Below are positions 39,343-50,162 of a stretch of DNA of 64,000 nt, piece after piece (the first letter of the stretch is position 1; the number at the start of each line of letters is the position of its first letter). This DNA is from Escherichia coli (GTDB taxonomy: Bacteria; Pseudomonadota; Gammaproteobacteria; Enterobacterales; Enterobacteriaceae). Where the stretch lies: NCBI RefSeq assembly GCF_003334765.1, contig NZ_QOWT01000021.1; one strand, given 5' to 3'. The notes beneath the pieces were generated by a model that was not told where the DNA came from, made no database searches, and saw only the letters and a program-made list of their open reading frames with translations. The translations under genes and the position numbers were made by a program.

Positions 39343-40305
39343 ATGCGTCAGACTAAAACCGGTATCCTGCTGGCAAACCTGGGTACGCCCGATGCCCCCA
39401 CACCTGAAGCGGTAAAACGCTATCTGAAACAATTTTTAAGCGACAGACGCGTGGTTGATACCTCACGGTTGTTATGGTGGCCATTGCTGCGCGGCGTGAT
39501 TTTGCCGCTGCGCTCGCCGCGTGTGGCGAAGCTGTATGCCTCTGTCTGGATGGAAGGTGGCTCGCCGCTGATGGTTTACAGCCGCCAGCAACAGCAGGCG
39601 CTGGCACAACGTTTACCGGAGATGCCCGTAGCGCTGGGAATGAGCTACGGCTCGCCATCACTGGAAAGCGCCGTAGATGAACTCCTGGCAGAGCATGTAG
39701 ATCATATTGTGATGCTGCCGCTTTATCCGCAATTCTCCTGTTCTACGGTCGGTGCGGTATGGGATGAACTGGCACGCATTCTGGCGCGCAAACGTAGCAT
39801 TCCGGGGATATCGTTTATACGTGATTACGCCGATAACCACGATTACATTAATGCACTGGCGAACAGCGTACGCGCTTCTTTTGCCAAACATGGCGAACCG
39901 GATCTGCTACTGCTCTCTTATCATGGCATTCCCCAGCGTTATGCAGATGAAGGCGATGATTACCCGCAACGTTGCCGCACAACGACTCGTGAACTGGCTT
40001 CCGCATTGGGGATGGCACCGGAAAAAGTGATGATGACCTTTCAGTCGCGCTTTGGTCGGGAACCCTGGCTGATGCCTTATACCGACGAAACGCTGAAAAT
40101 GCTCGGAGAAAAAGGCGTAGGTCATATTCAGGTGATGTGCCCGGGCTTTGCTGCGGATTGTCTGGAGACGCTGGAAGAGATTGCCGAGCAAAACCGTGAG
40201 GTCTTCCTCGGTGCCGGCGGGAAAAAATATGAATATATTCCGGCGCTTAATGCCACGCCGGAACATATCGAAATGATGGCTAATCTTGTTGCCGCGTATC
40301 GCTAA
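39343..40305 (+). CDS. hemH: Ferrochelatase (320 aa)
   Basis: Full-length match [34 protein letters not shown]. Confidence 0.97.
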
Positions 40306-41261
40306 AGCTGAGCGGTAAAGAACTGAGCGCCGTCGCGAAGAGCCTCGTCGGCGGTTTTCATCATCCGTGAATAATGCAAAAAGGCGTGCAGCGTGCCTGG
40401 GTAGAGTTTGAACTCACAGGGCTGCTGATGCGCCGCTAACGTCTGGTAAAGCAGACGGCTGTCATCCAGCAGCGGATCGAACTCCGCCCCGGCAATAAAA
40501 CAGGGCGGAACTTCGCGAGTGAGATCATTATTAAACAGACAGTAATACGGCGACTCGCGGTCCGCGTCGTTGCTTAAATATGCCTCTTCGTACATCTGCA
40601 AATCCTGTTGCGTTAAGCCATCCCAGACACCGCCCAACAGACGACGAGTCACGGAATCCCGTAATCCGTAAAGCCCATACCACAGCAAAACGCCCGCAAC
40701 TTTACCGCAATCGATCTGTTTATCACGCAACCACAACGCACTGGCGAGCGCCAGCATGGCACCTGCGGAATCACCGGCAAAGCCAATGCGGGACATATTG
40801 ATTTGATAATCCTCCGCCTGCTGGTGGAAATAACAACAAGCAGCCACAATTTCCTCTATCGCTTGCGGAAAACGCGCTTCAGGTGAAAGGGTGTAATCAA
40901 TACCAATCACCGTACATTGGCTGTAGCTTGCCAGCAGGCGCATGATGCGATCGTGGGTATCGAGATTGCCGAGAATAAAACCGCCTCCATGCAAATAAAA
41001 TAGCGTCGCTGGGCTATCTGGCTGCGGACAAAAGAGACGTGTTTCCACCTGCCCATATTTTGTTGGAACCATGTAAGCTCTGGTTGCCATTTCTGGAGCG
41101 CCCGCATTCCAGAATCGGCGCTCAAGCGTGTAATACTGTCGTTGCTCAGCAATCGTTCCCGTTGCGGGCCAGGGCGGTAAATCCGGCTGAAGAGTATTCA
41201 CAACGGTCTTCATTTCAGCAGAAATAAGGTCCAGAACAGGTAGTTTGTTTTCCGGCTTCAT
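40302..41261 (-). CDS. aes: Acetyl esterase, hormone-sensitive-lipase family (319 aa)
   Basis: HGGGF oxyanion motif and GDSAG catalytic serine motif; stop overlaps the hemH stop (convergent). Confidence 0.96.
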
Positions 41262-41412
41262 ACAAAAACTCCTTTCAAATTACGTCATTGTAAGGAACCA
41301 CTGCCATGAAAATGCGATCCCGCCTGCTGATATTGAAACTGGCTGCGTCTCGCGCGCTCCCGTCAGATTGTGTTAACATTCGCCGCTCAGTTAACCACCC
41401 GTAAAAACAACC

Positions 41413-42717
41413 ATGAAATTTCCCGGTAAACGTAAATCCAAACATTACTTCCCCGTAAACGCACGCGATCCGCTGCTTCAGCAATTCCAGCCAGAAAACG
41501 AAACCAGCGCTGCCTGGGTAGTGGGTATCGATCAAACGCTGGTCGATATTGAAGCGAAAGTGGATGATGAATTTATTGAGCGTTATGGATTAAGCGCCGG
41601 GCATTCACTGGTGATTGAGGATGATGTAGCCGAAGCGCTTTATCAGGAACTAAAACAGAAAAACCTGATTACCCATCAGTTTGCGGGTGGCACCATTGGT
41701 AACACCATGCACAACTACTCGGTGCTCGCGGACGACCGTTCGGTGCTGCTGGGCGTCATGTGCAGCAATATTGAAATTGGCAGTTATGCCTATCGTTACC
41801 TGTGTAACACTTCCAGCCGTACCGATCTTAACTATCTACAAGGCGTGGATGGCCCGATTGGTCGTTGCTTTACGCTGATTGGCGAGTCCGGGGAACGTAC
41901 CTTTGCTATCAGTCCAGGCCACATGAACCAGCTGCGGGCTGAAAGCATTCCGGAAGATGTGATTGCCGGAGCCTCGGCACTGGTTCTCACCTCATATCTG
42001 GTGCGTTGCAAGCCGGGTGAACCCATGCCGGAAGCAACCATGAAAGCCATTGAGTACGCGAAGAAATATAACGTACCGGTGGTGCTGACGCTGGGCACCA
42101 AGTTTGTCATTGCCGAGAATCCGCAGTGGTGGCAGCAATTCCTCAAAGATCACGTCTCTATCCTTGCGATGAACGAAGATGAAGCCGAAGCGTTGACCGG
42201 AGAAAGCGATCCGTTGTTGGCATCTGACAAGGCGCTGGACTGGGTAGATCTGGTGCTGTGCACCGCCGGGCCAATCGGCTTGTATATGGCGGGCTTTACC
42301 GAAGACGAAGCGAAACGTAAAACCCAGCATCCGCTGCTGCCGGGCGCTATAGCGGAATTCAACCAGTATGAGTTTAGCCGCGCCATGCGCCACAAGGATT
42401 GCCAGAATCCGCTGCGTGTATATTCGCACATTGCGCCGTACATGGGCGGGCCGGAAAAAATCATGAACACTAATGGAGCGGGGGATGGCGCATTGGCAGC
42501 GTTGCTGCATGACATTACCGCCAACAGCTACCATCGTAGCAACGTACCAAACTCCAGCAAACATAAATTCACCTGGTTAACTTATTCATCGTTAGCGCAG
42601 GTGTGTAAATATGCTAACCGTGTGAGCTATCAGGTACTGAACCAGCATTCACCTCGTTTAACGCGCGGCTTGCCGGAGCGTGAAGACAGCCTGGAAGAGT
42701 CTTACTGGGATCGTTAA
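41413..42717 (+). CDS. gsk: Inosine-guanosine kinase (434 aa)
   Basis: PfkB-family ribokinase-like sequence; full-length match MKFPGKRKSKHYFPVNARDPLLQQF. Confidence 0.96.
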   Translation: MKFPGKRKSKHYFPVNARDPLLQQFQPENETSAAWVVGIDQTLVDIEAKVDDEFIERYGLSAGHSLVIEDDVAEALYQELKQKNLITHQFAGGTIGNTMHNYSVLADDRSVLLGVMCSNIEIGSYAYRYLCNTSSRTDLNYLQGVDGPIGRCFTLIGESGERTFAISPGHMNQLRAESIPEDVIAGASALVLTSYLVRCKPGEPMPEATMKAIEYAKKYNVPVVLTLGTKFVIAENPQWWQQFLKDHVSILAMNEDEAEALTGESDPLLASDKALDWVDLVLCTAGPIGLYMAGFTEDEAKRKTQHPLLPGAIAEFNQYEFSRAMRHKDCQNPLRVYSHIAPYMGGPEKIMNTNGAGDGALAALLHDITANSYHRSNVPNSSKHKFTWLTYSSLAQVCKYANRVSYQVLNQHSPRLTRGLPEREDSLEESYWDR

Positions 42718-42730
42718 GTTATCGTCGGTT

Positions 42731-42815
42731 CGTAGGCCAGATAAGGCGTTCACGCCGCATCTGGCATTTGGCTCTCGATGCCTGATGCGACGCTGGCGCG
42801 TCTTATCATGCCTAC
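42731..42815. repeat. REP element pair downstream of gsk
   Basis: GTAGGCCAGATAAGGCGTTCACGCCGCATCTGGC and inverted GCCTGATGCGACGCTGGCGCGTCTTATCATGCCTAC. Confidence 0.85.
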
Positions 42816-42849
42816 ATATTTTTCATATTTTACATCCGGCAACCACCGT

Positions 42850-44526
42850 TTACCCCGTCACCACCTCACCCGCCGGTGGCGTTTCCAGCAGTTCCAGCAT
42901 GGTACGGGCGATTTCACGCTCGCCCATCACTACCTGATTCGCACCACGTTCGGTGATATACGCCACTTCATCGTCATAATGGGCGCGGGCAATAATCTCA
43001 ATATCCGGATTTTTCGCGCGGGCAGATGCCACAATCTCACCCGCTTCATAACCGTTGGGAATCGTCAGGATCAGCCATTTTGCACATTCCAGATGCGCCA
43101 GTTGCATAATTTCTTCGTTCGCCGCATTGCCCAATACTGCGCGGACCCCGCGCTCTCGCAGCTCATCAACACGGGTTCGTGACGTCTCAATCACCACCAG
43201 CGGAATATCAGAGGCGAGCAATTTCTCCCCCAGCAGGCTGCCTACACGACCGTAACCCACCAGTAGCGCATGGTTGCAAATATCCACTGGGATCTGCTTC
43301 TCTTCTTCGATTGCCTCTTCCAGCGTCTGCTCTTCCAGCGTTTCGGTCTTCGCCAGATATTTCTCCAGTAGTGCGAACAGTACCGGGTTGAGCATAATCG
43401 ACAGGATCGCCCCTGCCAGTACCAGGTTTTGTCCGGCCTGCGGCAGTAAATTCAATGCCATTCCCAGTCCCGCCAGGATAAACGCGAACTCACCAATCTG
43501 CGCCAGGCTGGCGGCGATGGTTAATGCCGTACGTTGGGAGTGACCAAACAGTCGCACCAGGAAAAATGCGGCTAACGACTTACCAAACAGAATAATCGCC
43601 AGCGTCGCCAGCACTGCCAGCGGTTGCTGAATCAGAATTAACGGATCAAACAACATCCCGACGGAGACAAAAAACAGCACCGCAAACGCGTCGCGCAATG
43701 GCAGCGTATCGTGGGCGGCACGGTGACTCAGTTCAGACTCGTTCAGTACCATCCCGGCAAAGAACGCACCGAGTGCAAAGGAGACATCAAACAGCTCTAC
43801 CGCACCAAAGGCAACCCCTAACGCCAGCGCCAGCACCGACAGGGTAAACAGCTCGCGAGAACCGGTTGCCGCGCTGCGTGCCATAATCCACGGCACCAGA
43901 CGGCGACCTACCAGCATCATAATGGCGATAAATGCGATCACTTTGCCGATGGTGATCCCCATATCGACTGCAAGAGTGGCAAAGCCCACATCGCCCTGTT
44001 CCATCATTCCTGCCACTGCGGGCAGCAACACCAGCGTCAGAACCATTACCAGGTCTTCCACAATCAACCAACCGATGGCGATTTGCCCACGCTGACTGTC
44101 AATTAATTGCCGTTCTTCAAGTGCGCGCAGTAACACCACGGTACTGGCGGTGGAAAGACATAAACCGAACACGATACCGGTCATTAACGACCAGCCCAGC
44201 ACGGCAGAGAGCGCCATACCCAGCAGCGTCGCCACGGCTATCTGGGCGATCGCACCGGGAATGGCGATGGCCTTTACCGCCATCAAATCCTTCAGCGAAA
44301 AGTGCAAACCGACGCCAAACATCAACAGAATGACGCCCAGTTCAGCCAGTTCCGGGGCAAGCTTGGTATCGGCAACAAAGCCCGGAGTGAATGGTCCTGC
44401 CAGCACACCCGCTAACAGATATCCCACCAGAGGAGAAATACGTAGTTTATTGGCCAGCATGCCGAGGATAAAGGCGAGCACAAGGCCGCCAACAATGGTG
44501 GTGATAAGCGGGGTGGCGTGATGCAT
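42850..44526 (-). CDS. ybaL: CPA2-family cation:proton antiporter with C-terminal TrkA-N (RCK) domain (558 aa)
   Basis: Multi-TM Kef-type domain followed by a Rossmann NAD-binding motif (LLVGYGRVG). Confidence 0.93.
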   Translation of the reverse strand: MHHATPLITTIVGGLVLAFILGMLANKLRISPLVGYLLAGVLAGPFTPGFVADTKLAPELAELGVILLMFGVGLHFSLKDLMAVKAIAIPGAIAQIAVATLLGMALSAVLGWSLMTGIVFGLCLSTASTVVLLRALEERQLIDSQRGQIAIGWLIVEDLVMVLTLVLLPAVAGMMEQGDVGFATLAVDMGITIGKVIAFIAIMMLVGRRLVPWIMARSAATGSRELFTLSVLALALGVAFGAVELFDVSFALGAFFAGMVLNESELSHRAAHDTLPLRDAFAVLFFVSVGMLFDPLILIQQPLAVLATLAIILFGKSLAAFFLVRLFGHSQRTALTIAASLAQIGEFAFILAGLGMALNLLPQAGQNLVLAGAILSIMLNPVLFALLEKYLAKTETLEEQTLEEAIEEEKQIPVDICNHALLVGYGRVGSLLGEKLLASDIPLVVIETSRTRVDELRERGVRAVLGNAANEEIMQLAHLECAKWLILTIPNGYEAGEIVASARAKNPDIEIIARAHYDDEVAYITERGANQVVMGEREIARTMLELLETPPAGEVVTG

Positions 44527-44763
44527 TCCGTCTCCTTTTCCTGGTGGTTATTGTCCATTTTTGGCCGGGAAAACCAAAATTACAGGTAATAGTTTATGAC
44601 AATTTCATTGATGATGTTCATGAATAATTATTGAATTTTGCAGAAAAATGGAATTAGCTGCAAAAAAAGCACGGATCGGAAAACAGAAGGCGGTTTAACA
44701 GAGGAAAGGCTTATGGCGACTGTAAAACGATGCAGCCAAAGTTTGCCTTTGGCTGCAATGAAA

Positions 44764-45984
44764 TCAGTCTTTATGCCGGTTATCAGGCAGGAATATGGTC
44801 AACATCCCCAATAGTGGCAGGAAAGCACAGATTTTATAGACTAACTCGATGCTGGTGTGATCGGCGATAAGCCCCAGAACTGCCGCTCCCAGACCTCCCA
44901 TGCCAAAAGCAAAACCGAAAAAGAGTCCAGAAACCATACCGATACGTCCTGGAAGCAGCTCCTGAGCGTAGACCAGAATGGCAGAGAATGCCGAAGCGAG
45001 GATAAATCCAATAATCACCGTTAAAACCCCCGTCCAGTGCAGGCTGGCGTAGGGTAAAATCAGCGTAAACGGCGCAACGCCGAGGATAGAGCCCCAAATC
45101 ACATATTTCCGCCCAATTTTATCCCCTACAGGCCCGCCGATCACCGTACCTGCCGCAACGGCAAACAGGAAGGCAAACAGATGAAGCTGAGCATTCTGGA
45201 TAGATAATCCGAATTTTTGCATCAGATAAAAGGTGTAATAGCTGCTGATGCTCGCCATATAGAAATATTTCGAGAAAATGAGGATTAACAGAATGCTGAC
45301 CGCCAGTACAACTTTATTGCGCGGCAGTGGATTGATAATCGTCGCTTTGGGTTTTCCTTTATTCATTCGGTGCTGTGCCGAGTACCAACGGCTGATTTGC
45401 GCCAACACCACGATCGCCAGCAGTGCCGCAAGCACAAACCAGGCAACGTTGCCTTTGCCATAAGGCGCGATAATCACCGCCGCCAGCAAGGGTCCCAGGG
45501 AACTGCCAAAGTTGCCGCCGACCTGAAAGATAGATTGCGCCAGGCCATGCCGCCCGCCGGAAGCCATACGGGCCACGCGAGAAGATTCCGGATGAAAGAC
45601 CGATGAACCGGTACCGACCAGCGCCGCCGCCAGCAGAACTGCGCCAAAACTGCCCGCCAGCGCAAGCAGCACCAGACCGCTTAAGGTAAAGCACATGCCA
45701 ATTGGCAACGACCATGGCATCGGATATTTATCGGTCCAGTAGCCGACCACTGGTTGCAGTAGCGAAGAGGCGAGCTGGAAGGTGAGGGTTATCATGCCAA
45801 TCTGCATAAATGTCAGAGAAAATTCTGACTGAAGCAGCGGATAAATCGCCAGAATCAGCGATTGGATCATGTCGTTCAGCAGATGTGAGAGGCTGATAGC
45901 ACCTAAAATACCAAACGATGTTCGGGCCTTGGTCGTTGACGCAGCCGCGCCCGCCACAGGCTGGGGTTGTTCACTCATTGCCAT
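44764..45984 (-). CDS. fsr: MFS transporter, fosmidomycin resistance protein (406 aa)
   Basis: 12-TM MFS sequence; matches Fsr. Confidence 0.93.
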   Translation of the reverse strand: MAMSEQPQPVAGAAASTTKARTSFGILGAISLSHLLNDMIQSLILAIYPLLQSEFSLTFMQIGMITLTFQLASSLLQPVVGYWTDKYPMPWSLPIGMCFTLSGLVLLALAGSFGAVLLAAALVGTGSSVFHPESSRVARMASGGRHGLAQSIFQVGGNFGSSLGPLLAAVIIAPYGKGNVAWFVLAALLAIVVLAQISRWYSAQHRMNKGKPKATIINPLPRNKVVLAVSILLILIFSKYFYMASISSYYTFYLMQKFGLSIQNAQLHLFAFLFAVAAGTVIGGPVGDKIGRKYVIWGSILGVAPFTLILPYASLHWTGVLTVIIGFILASAFSAILVYAQELLPGRIGMVSGLFFGFAFGMGGLGAAVLGLIADHTSIELVYKICAFLPLLGMLTIFLPDNRHKD

Positions 45985-46201
45985 AGGAAAGTCACTTTTT
46001 CAGGGTTGCGATGTAAAGAATGATCTTATTTGTGATTATTACCAGACTAACATACCTGTATGCGTCGTCTGAAGGAAGTCTCAACGCCGAATACAGAATT
46101 TCTAATCTGGATGCAGATTTATCTTCACCGGACGCAGACTTGTCTATGATGTCGCGTCATACTATTTTTCAACACGTTGAAATCAGGTCAGGGAGAGAAG
46201 T

Positions 46202-47854
46202 ATGAAATTATTGCAGCGGGGCGTGGCGTTAGCGCTGTTAACCACATTTACACTGGCGAGTGAAACTGCTCTGGCGTATGAGCAGGATAAAACCTACAAA
46301 ATTACAGTTCTGCATACCAATGATCATCATGGGCATTTTTGGCGCAATGAATATGGCGAATATGGTCTGGCGGCGCAAAAAACGCTGGTGGATGGTATCC
46401 GCAAAGAGGTTGCGGCTGAAGGCGGTAGCGTGCTGCTACTTTCCGGTGGCGACATTAACACTGGCGTGCCCGAGTCTGACTTACAGGATGCCGAACCTGA
46501 TTTTCGCGGTATGAATCTGGTGGGCTATGACGCGATGGCGATCGGTAATCATGAATTTGATAATCCGCTCACCGTATTACGCCAGCAGGAAAAGTGGGCC
46601 AAGTTCCCGTTGCTTTCCGCGAATATCTACCAGAAAAGTACTGGCGAGCGCCTGTTTAAACCGTGGGCGCTGTTTAAGCGTCAGGATCTGAAAATTGCCG
46701 TTATTGGGCTGACAACCGATGACACAGCAAAAATTGGTAACCCGGAATACTTCACTGATATCGAATTTCGTAAGCCCGCCGATGAAGCGAAGCTGGTGAT
46801 TCAGGAGCTGCAACAGACAGAAAAGCCAGACATTATTATCGCGGCGACCCATATGGGGCATTACGATAATGGTGAGCACGGCTCTAACGCACCGGGCGAT
46901 GTGGAGATGGCACGCGCGCTGCCTGCCGGATCGCTGGCGATGATCGTCGGTGGTCACTCGCAAGATCCGGTCTGCATGGCGGCAGAAAACAAAAAACAGG
47001 TCGATTACGTGCCGGGTACGCCATGCAAACCAGATCAACAAAACGGCATCTGGATTGTGCAGGCGCATGAGTGGGGCAAATACGTGGGACGGGCTGATTT
47101 TGAGTTTCGTAATGGCGAAATGAAAATGGTTAACTACCAGCTGATTCCGGTGAACCTGAAGAAGAAAGTGACCTGGGAAGACGGGAAAAGCGAGCGCGTG
47201 CTTTACACTCCTGAAATCGCTGAAAACCAGCAAATGATCTCGCTGTTATCACCGTTCCAGAACAAAGGCAAAGCGCAGCTGGAAGTGAAAATAGGCGAAA
47301 CCAATGGTCGTCTGGAAGGCGATCGTGACAAAGTGCGTTTTGTACAGACCAATATGGGGCGGTTGATTCTGGCAGCCCAAATGGATCGCACTGGTGCCGA
47401 CTTTGCGGTGATGAGCGGAGGCGGAATTCGTGATTCTATCGAAGCAGGCGATATCAGCTATAAAAACGTGCTGAAAGTGCAGCCATTCGGCAATGTGGTG
47501 GTGTATGCCGACATGACCGGTAAAGAGGTGATTGATTACCTGACCGCCGTCGCGCAGATGAAGCCAGATTCAGGTGCCTACCCGCAATTTGCCAACGTTA
47601 GCTTTGTGGCGAAAGACGGCAAACTGAACGACCTTAAAATCAAAGGCGAACCGGTCGATCCGGCGAAAACTTACCGTATGGCGACATTAAACTTCAATGC
47701 CACCGGCGGTGATGGATATCCGCGCCTTGATAACAAACCGGGCTATGTGAATACCGGCTTTATTGATGCCGAAGTGCTGAAAGCGTATATCCAGAAAAGC
47801 TCGCCGCTGGATGTGAGTGTTTATGAACCGAAAGGTGAGGTGAGCTGGCAGTAA
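46202..47854 (+). CDS. ushA: Periplasmic UDP-sugar hydrolase / 5'-nucleotidase (550 aa)
   Basis: Signal peptide, metallophosphatase motifs (HTNDHHG, GNHEFD). Confidence 0.97.
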   Translation: MKLLQRGVALALLTTFTLASETALAYEQDKTYKITVLHTNDHHGHFWRNEYGEYGLAAQKTLVDGIRKEVAAEGGSVLLLSGGDINTGVPESDLQDAEPDFRGMNLVGYDAMAIGNHEFDNPLTVLRQQEKWAKFPLLSANIYQKSTGERLFKPWALFKRQDLKIAVIGLTTDDTAKIGNPEYFTDIEFRKPADEAKLVIQELQQTEKPDIIIAATHMGHYDNGEHGSNAPGDVEMARALPAGSLAMIVGGHSQDPVCMAAENKKQVDYVPGTPCKPDQQNGIWIVQAHEWGKYVGRADFEFRNGEMKMVNYQLIPVNLKKKVTWEDGKSERVLYTPEIAENQQMISLLSPFQNKGKAQLEVKIGETNGRLEGDRDKVRFVQTNMGRLILAAQMDRTGADFAVMSGGGIRDSIEAGDISYKNVLKVQPFGNVVVYADMTGKEVIDYLTAVAQMKPDSGAYPQFANVSFVAKDGKLNDLKIKGEPVDPAKTYRMATLNFNATGGDGYPRLDNKPGYVNTGFIDAEVLKAYIQKSSPLDVSVYEPKGEVSWQ

Positions 47855-47890
47855 TCCGAAAGTGCCGGATGTTTGCATCCGGCACAATGC

Positions 47891-48385
<495 letters not shown>

Positions 48386-48491
48386 TTAAACAAAAAAACG
48401 AAGCAAGCATACGCCTGATGGCGGTCCAAAAAAAAGAGTCATCTTGCCTAAGAGTATTGGCAGGATGGTGAGATTGAGCGACAATCGAGTT

Positions 48492-48575
48492 ACACCGTCG
48501 CTTAAAGTGACGGCATAATAATAAAAAAATGAAATTCCTCTTTGACGGGCCAATAGCGATATTGGCCATTTTTTT
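48492..48575 (+). ncRNA. chiX: ChiX (MicM/SroB) Hfq-dependent sRNA, about 84 nt
   Basis: ACACCGTCGCTTAAAGTGACGGCATAATAATAAAAAAATGAAATTCCTCTTTGACGGGCCAATAGCGATATTGGCCATTTTTTT recognised; intrinsic terminator hairpin GGCCAATAGCGATATTGGCC plus U-run. Confidence 0.93.
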
Positions 48576-49368
48576 AGCGCAACATTTGCGGCAAATTCCC
48601 TTCTCCATACAGGTGTAGTGCACCGACCGCGACCACATATCGCCCCGGCGGCATGGCGCGTAATTTATCCCGCCAGGCGAGATTTCGCTGATGCATCAGC
48701 ACATCGTACAGCGACTGACTGAACGTATTGGGCAGCGTTATATCATTATTTTGCGGCGGTGCATTCAGCCACCAGCTCATCATTTGTTGCAGCAACCGTG
48801 CGTTGGTATGCCAGTGGGTCAGCGTATCGTCCAGCAGCGCCAGTCCTTTGTCAGGGAGCTGGAGCAACATGGCAATCTGGTTTTCAGCCCCTTCCAGTTC
48901 AATCACGGGTTTATGTTGTTGCTTCGCCGCCTGCAATAGCTGGTAATCGATACCGTATTCTGCCCGCAGCCCCAGTTTTTGTGCCTGCGTCGCCTGAAGA
49001 ACCATCGCGATTTGCCACAGCGGTTGGGTAGAAAAGAGTGAGGGAGAAATGCCCATCTCCTGGCTAATGTGCTGCAGGTTTTGGAGTTGCTCCTCGCTAA
49101 TGCGCTCTTCCAGCGCCTCGCAGGCAGGCAAATTAGCAAAAGGCGTATCGCTGGTGGAAACATCCGCCTCGACGATCAGCGCATCGGCGTTTTTGAGCTT
49201 TTTGAGCAAACGGGTGGGCAGGGGAGCCATATCGTGGCTACCCATATGAATACTGCCAATCAGATGAAAATGGCGATTGCCGGGGAGGGTGATATCGATG
49301 GCAGGCCAGGTGTAATGATTACCGCGCAGCGCGGCCCAAAGCGTTTTTACCCGGTACAACAGATCCAT
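48574..49368 (-). CDS. ybaP: TraB/GumN-family protein YbaP (264 aa)
   Basis: Full-length match MDLLYRVKTLWAALRGNHYTWPAIDITL. Confidence 0.9.
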   Translation of the reverse strand: MDLLYRVKTLWAALRGNHYTWPAIDITLPGNRHFHLIGSIHMGSHDMAPLPTRLLKKLKNADALIVEADVSTSDTPFANLPACEALEERISEEQLQNLQHISQEMGISPSLFSTQPLWQIAMVLQATQAQKLGLRAEYGIDYQLLQAAKQQHKPVIELEGAENQIAMLLQLPDKGLALLDDTLTHWHTNARLLQQMMSWWLNAPPQNNDITLPNTFSQSLYDVLMHQRNLAWRDKLRAMPPGRYVVAVGALHLYGEGNLPQMLR

Positions 49369-49505
49369 ACGACCTCCCTTTGTGAAATATCATGCTAGCG
49401 CGCGGTGAGGGATGGCGCAAATGGAGTTGGAGACTTGTTTAATGTGTTTGTATGATTCAGTATGTTCTTGCATCGCTATTCACAAGGAAGCAACAGTTAA
49501 AAACC

Positions 49506-49847
49506 ATGAAACAGGCAACAAGAAAACCGACGACACCCGGAGATATTCTTCTCTATGAATATCTGGAACCGCTCGATTTGAAAATCAATGAGTTAGCAGA
49601 GTTGCTGCATGTTCATCGTAATAGCGTCAGTGCACTGATCAATAACAATCGTAAACTCACTACTGAGATGGCATTTCGTCTGGCGAAAGTTTTTGATACC
49701 ACAGTCGATTTTTGGCTAAACCTCCAGGCGGCGGTTGATCTTTGGGAAGTTGAAAACAACATGCGCACCCAGGAAGAATTGGGACGGATTGAAACAGTGG
49801 CTGAATATTTGGCACGCCGTGAAGAGCGTGCAAAAAAGGTCGCGTAA
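49506..49847 (+). CDS. ybaQ: XRE-family HTH protein, HigA-antitoxin-like (113 aa)
   Basis: Track ORF is over-extended; ATG 49506 gives MKQATRKPTTPGDILLYEYLEPLDLKINELAELLHVHRNSVSALINNNRKLT (HTH_XRE). Confidence 0.92.
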   Translation: MKQATRKPTTPGDILLYEYLEPLDLKINELAELLHVHRNSVSALINNNRKLTTEMAFRLAKVFDTTVDFWLNLQAAVDLWEVENNMRTQEELGRIETVAEYLARREERAKKVA

Positions 49848-49870
49848 GGCCAAAACATCGCTTCATCTCG

Positions 49871-50120
<250 letters not shown>

Positions 50121-50162
50121 CCAAATGCGCCACCCTAAAGCAGCGCATCCGCAATGATGTAC

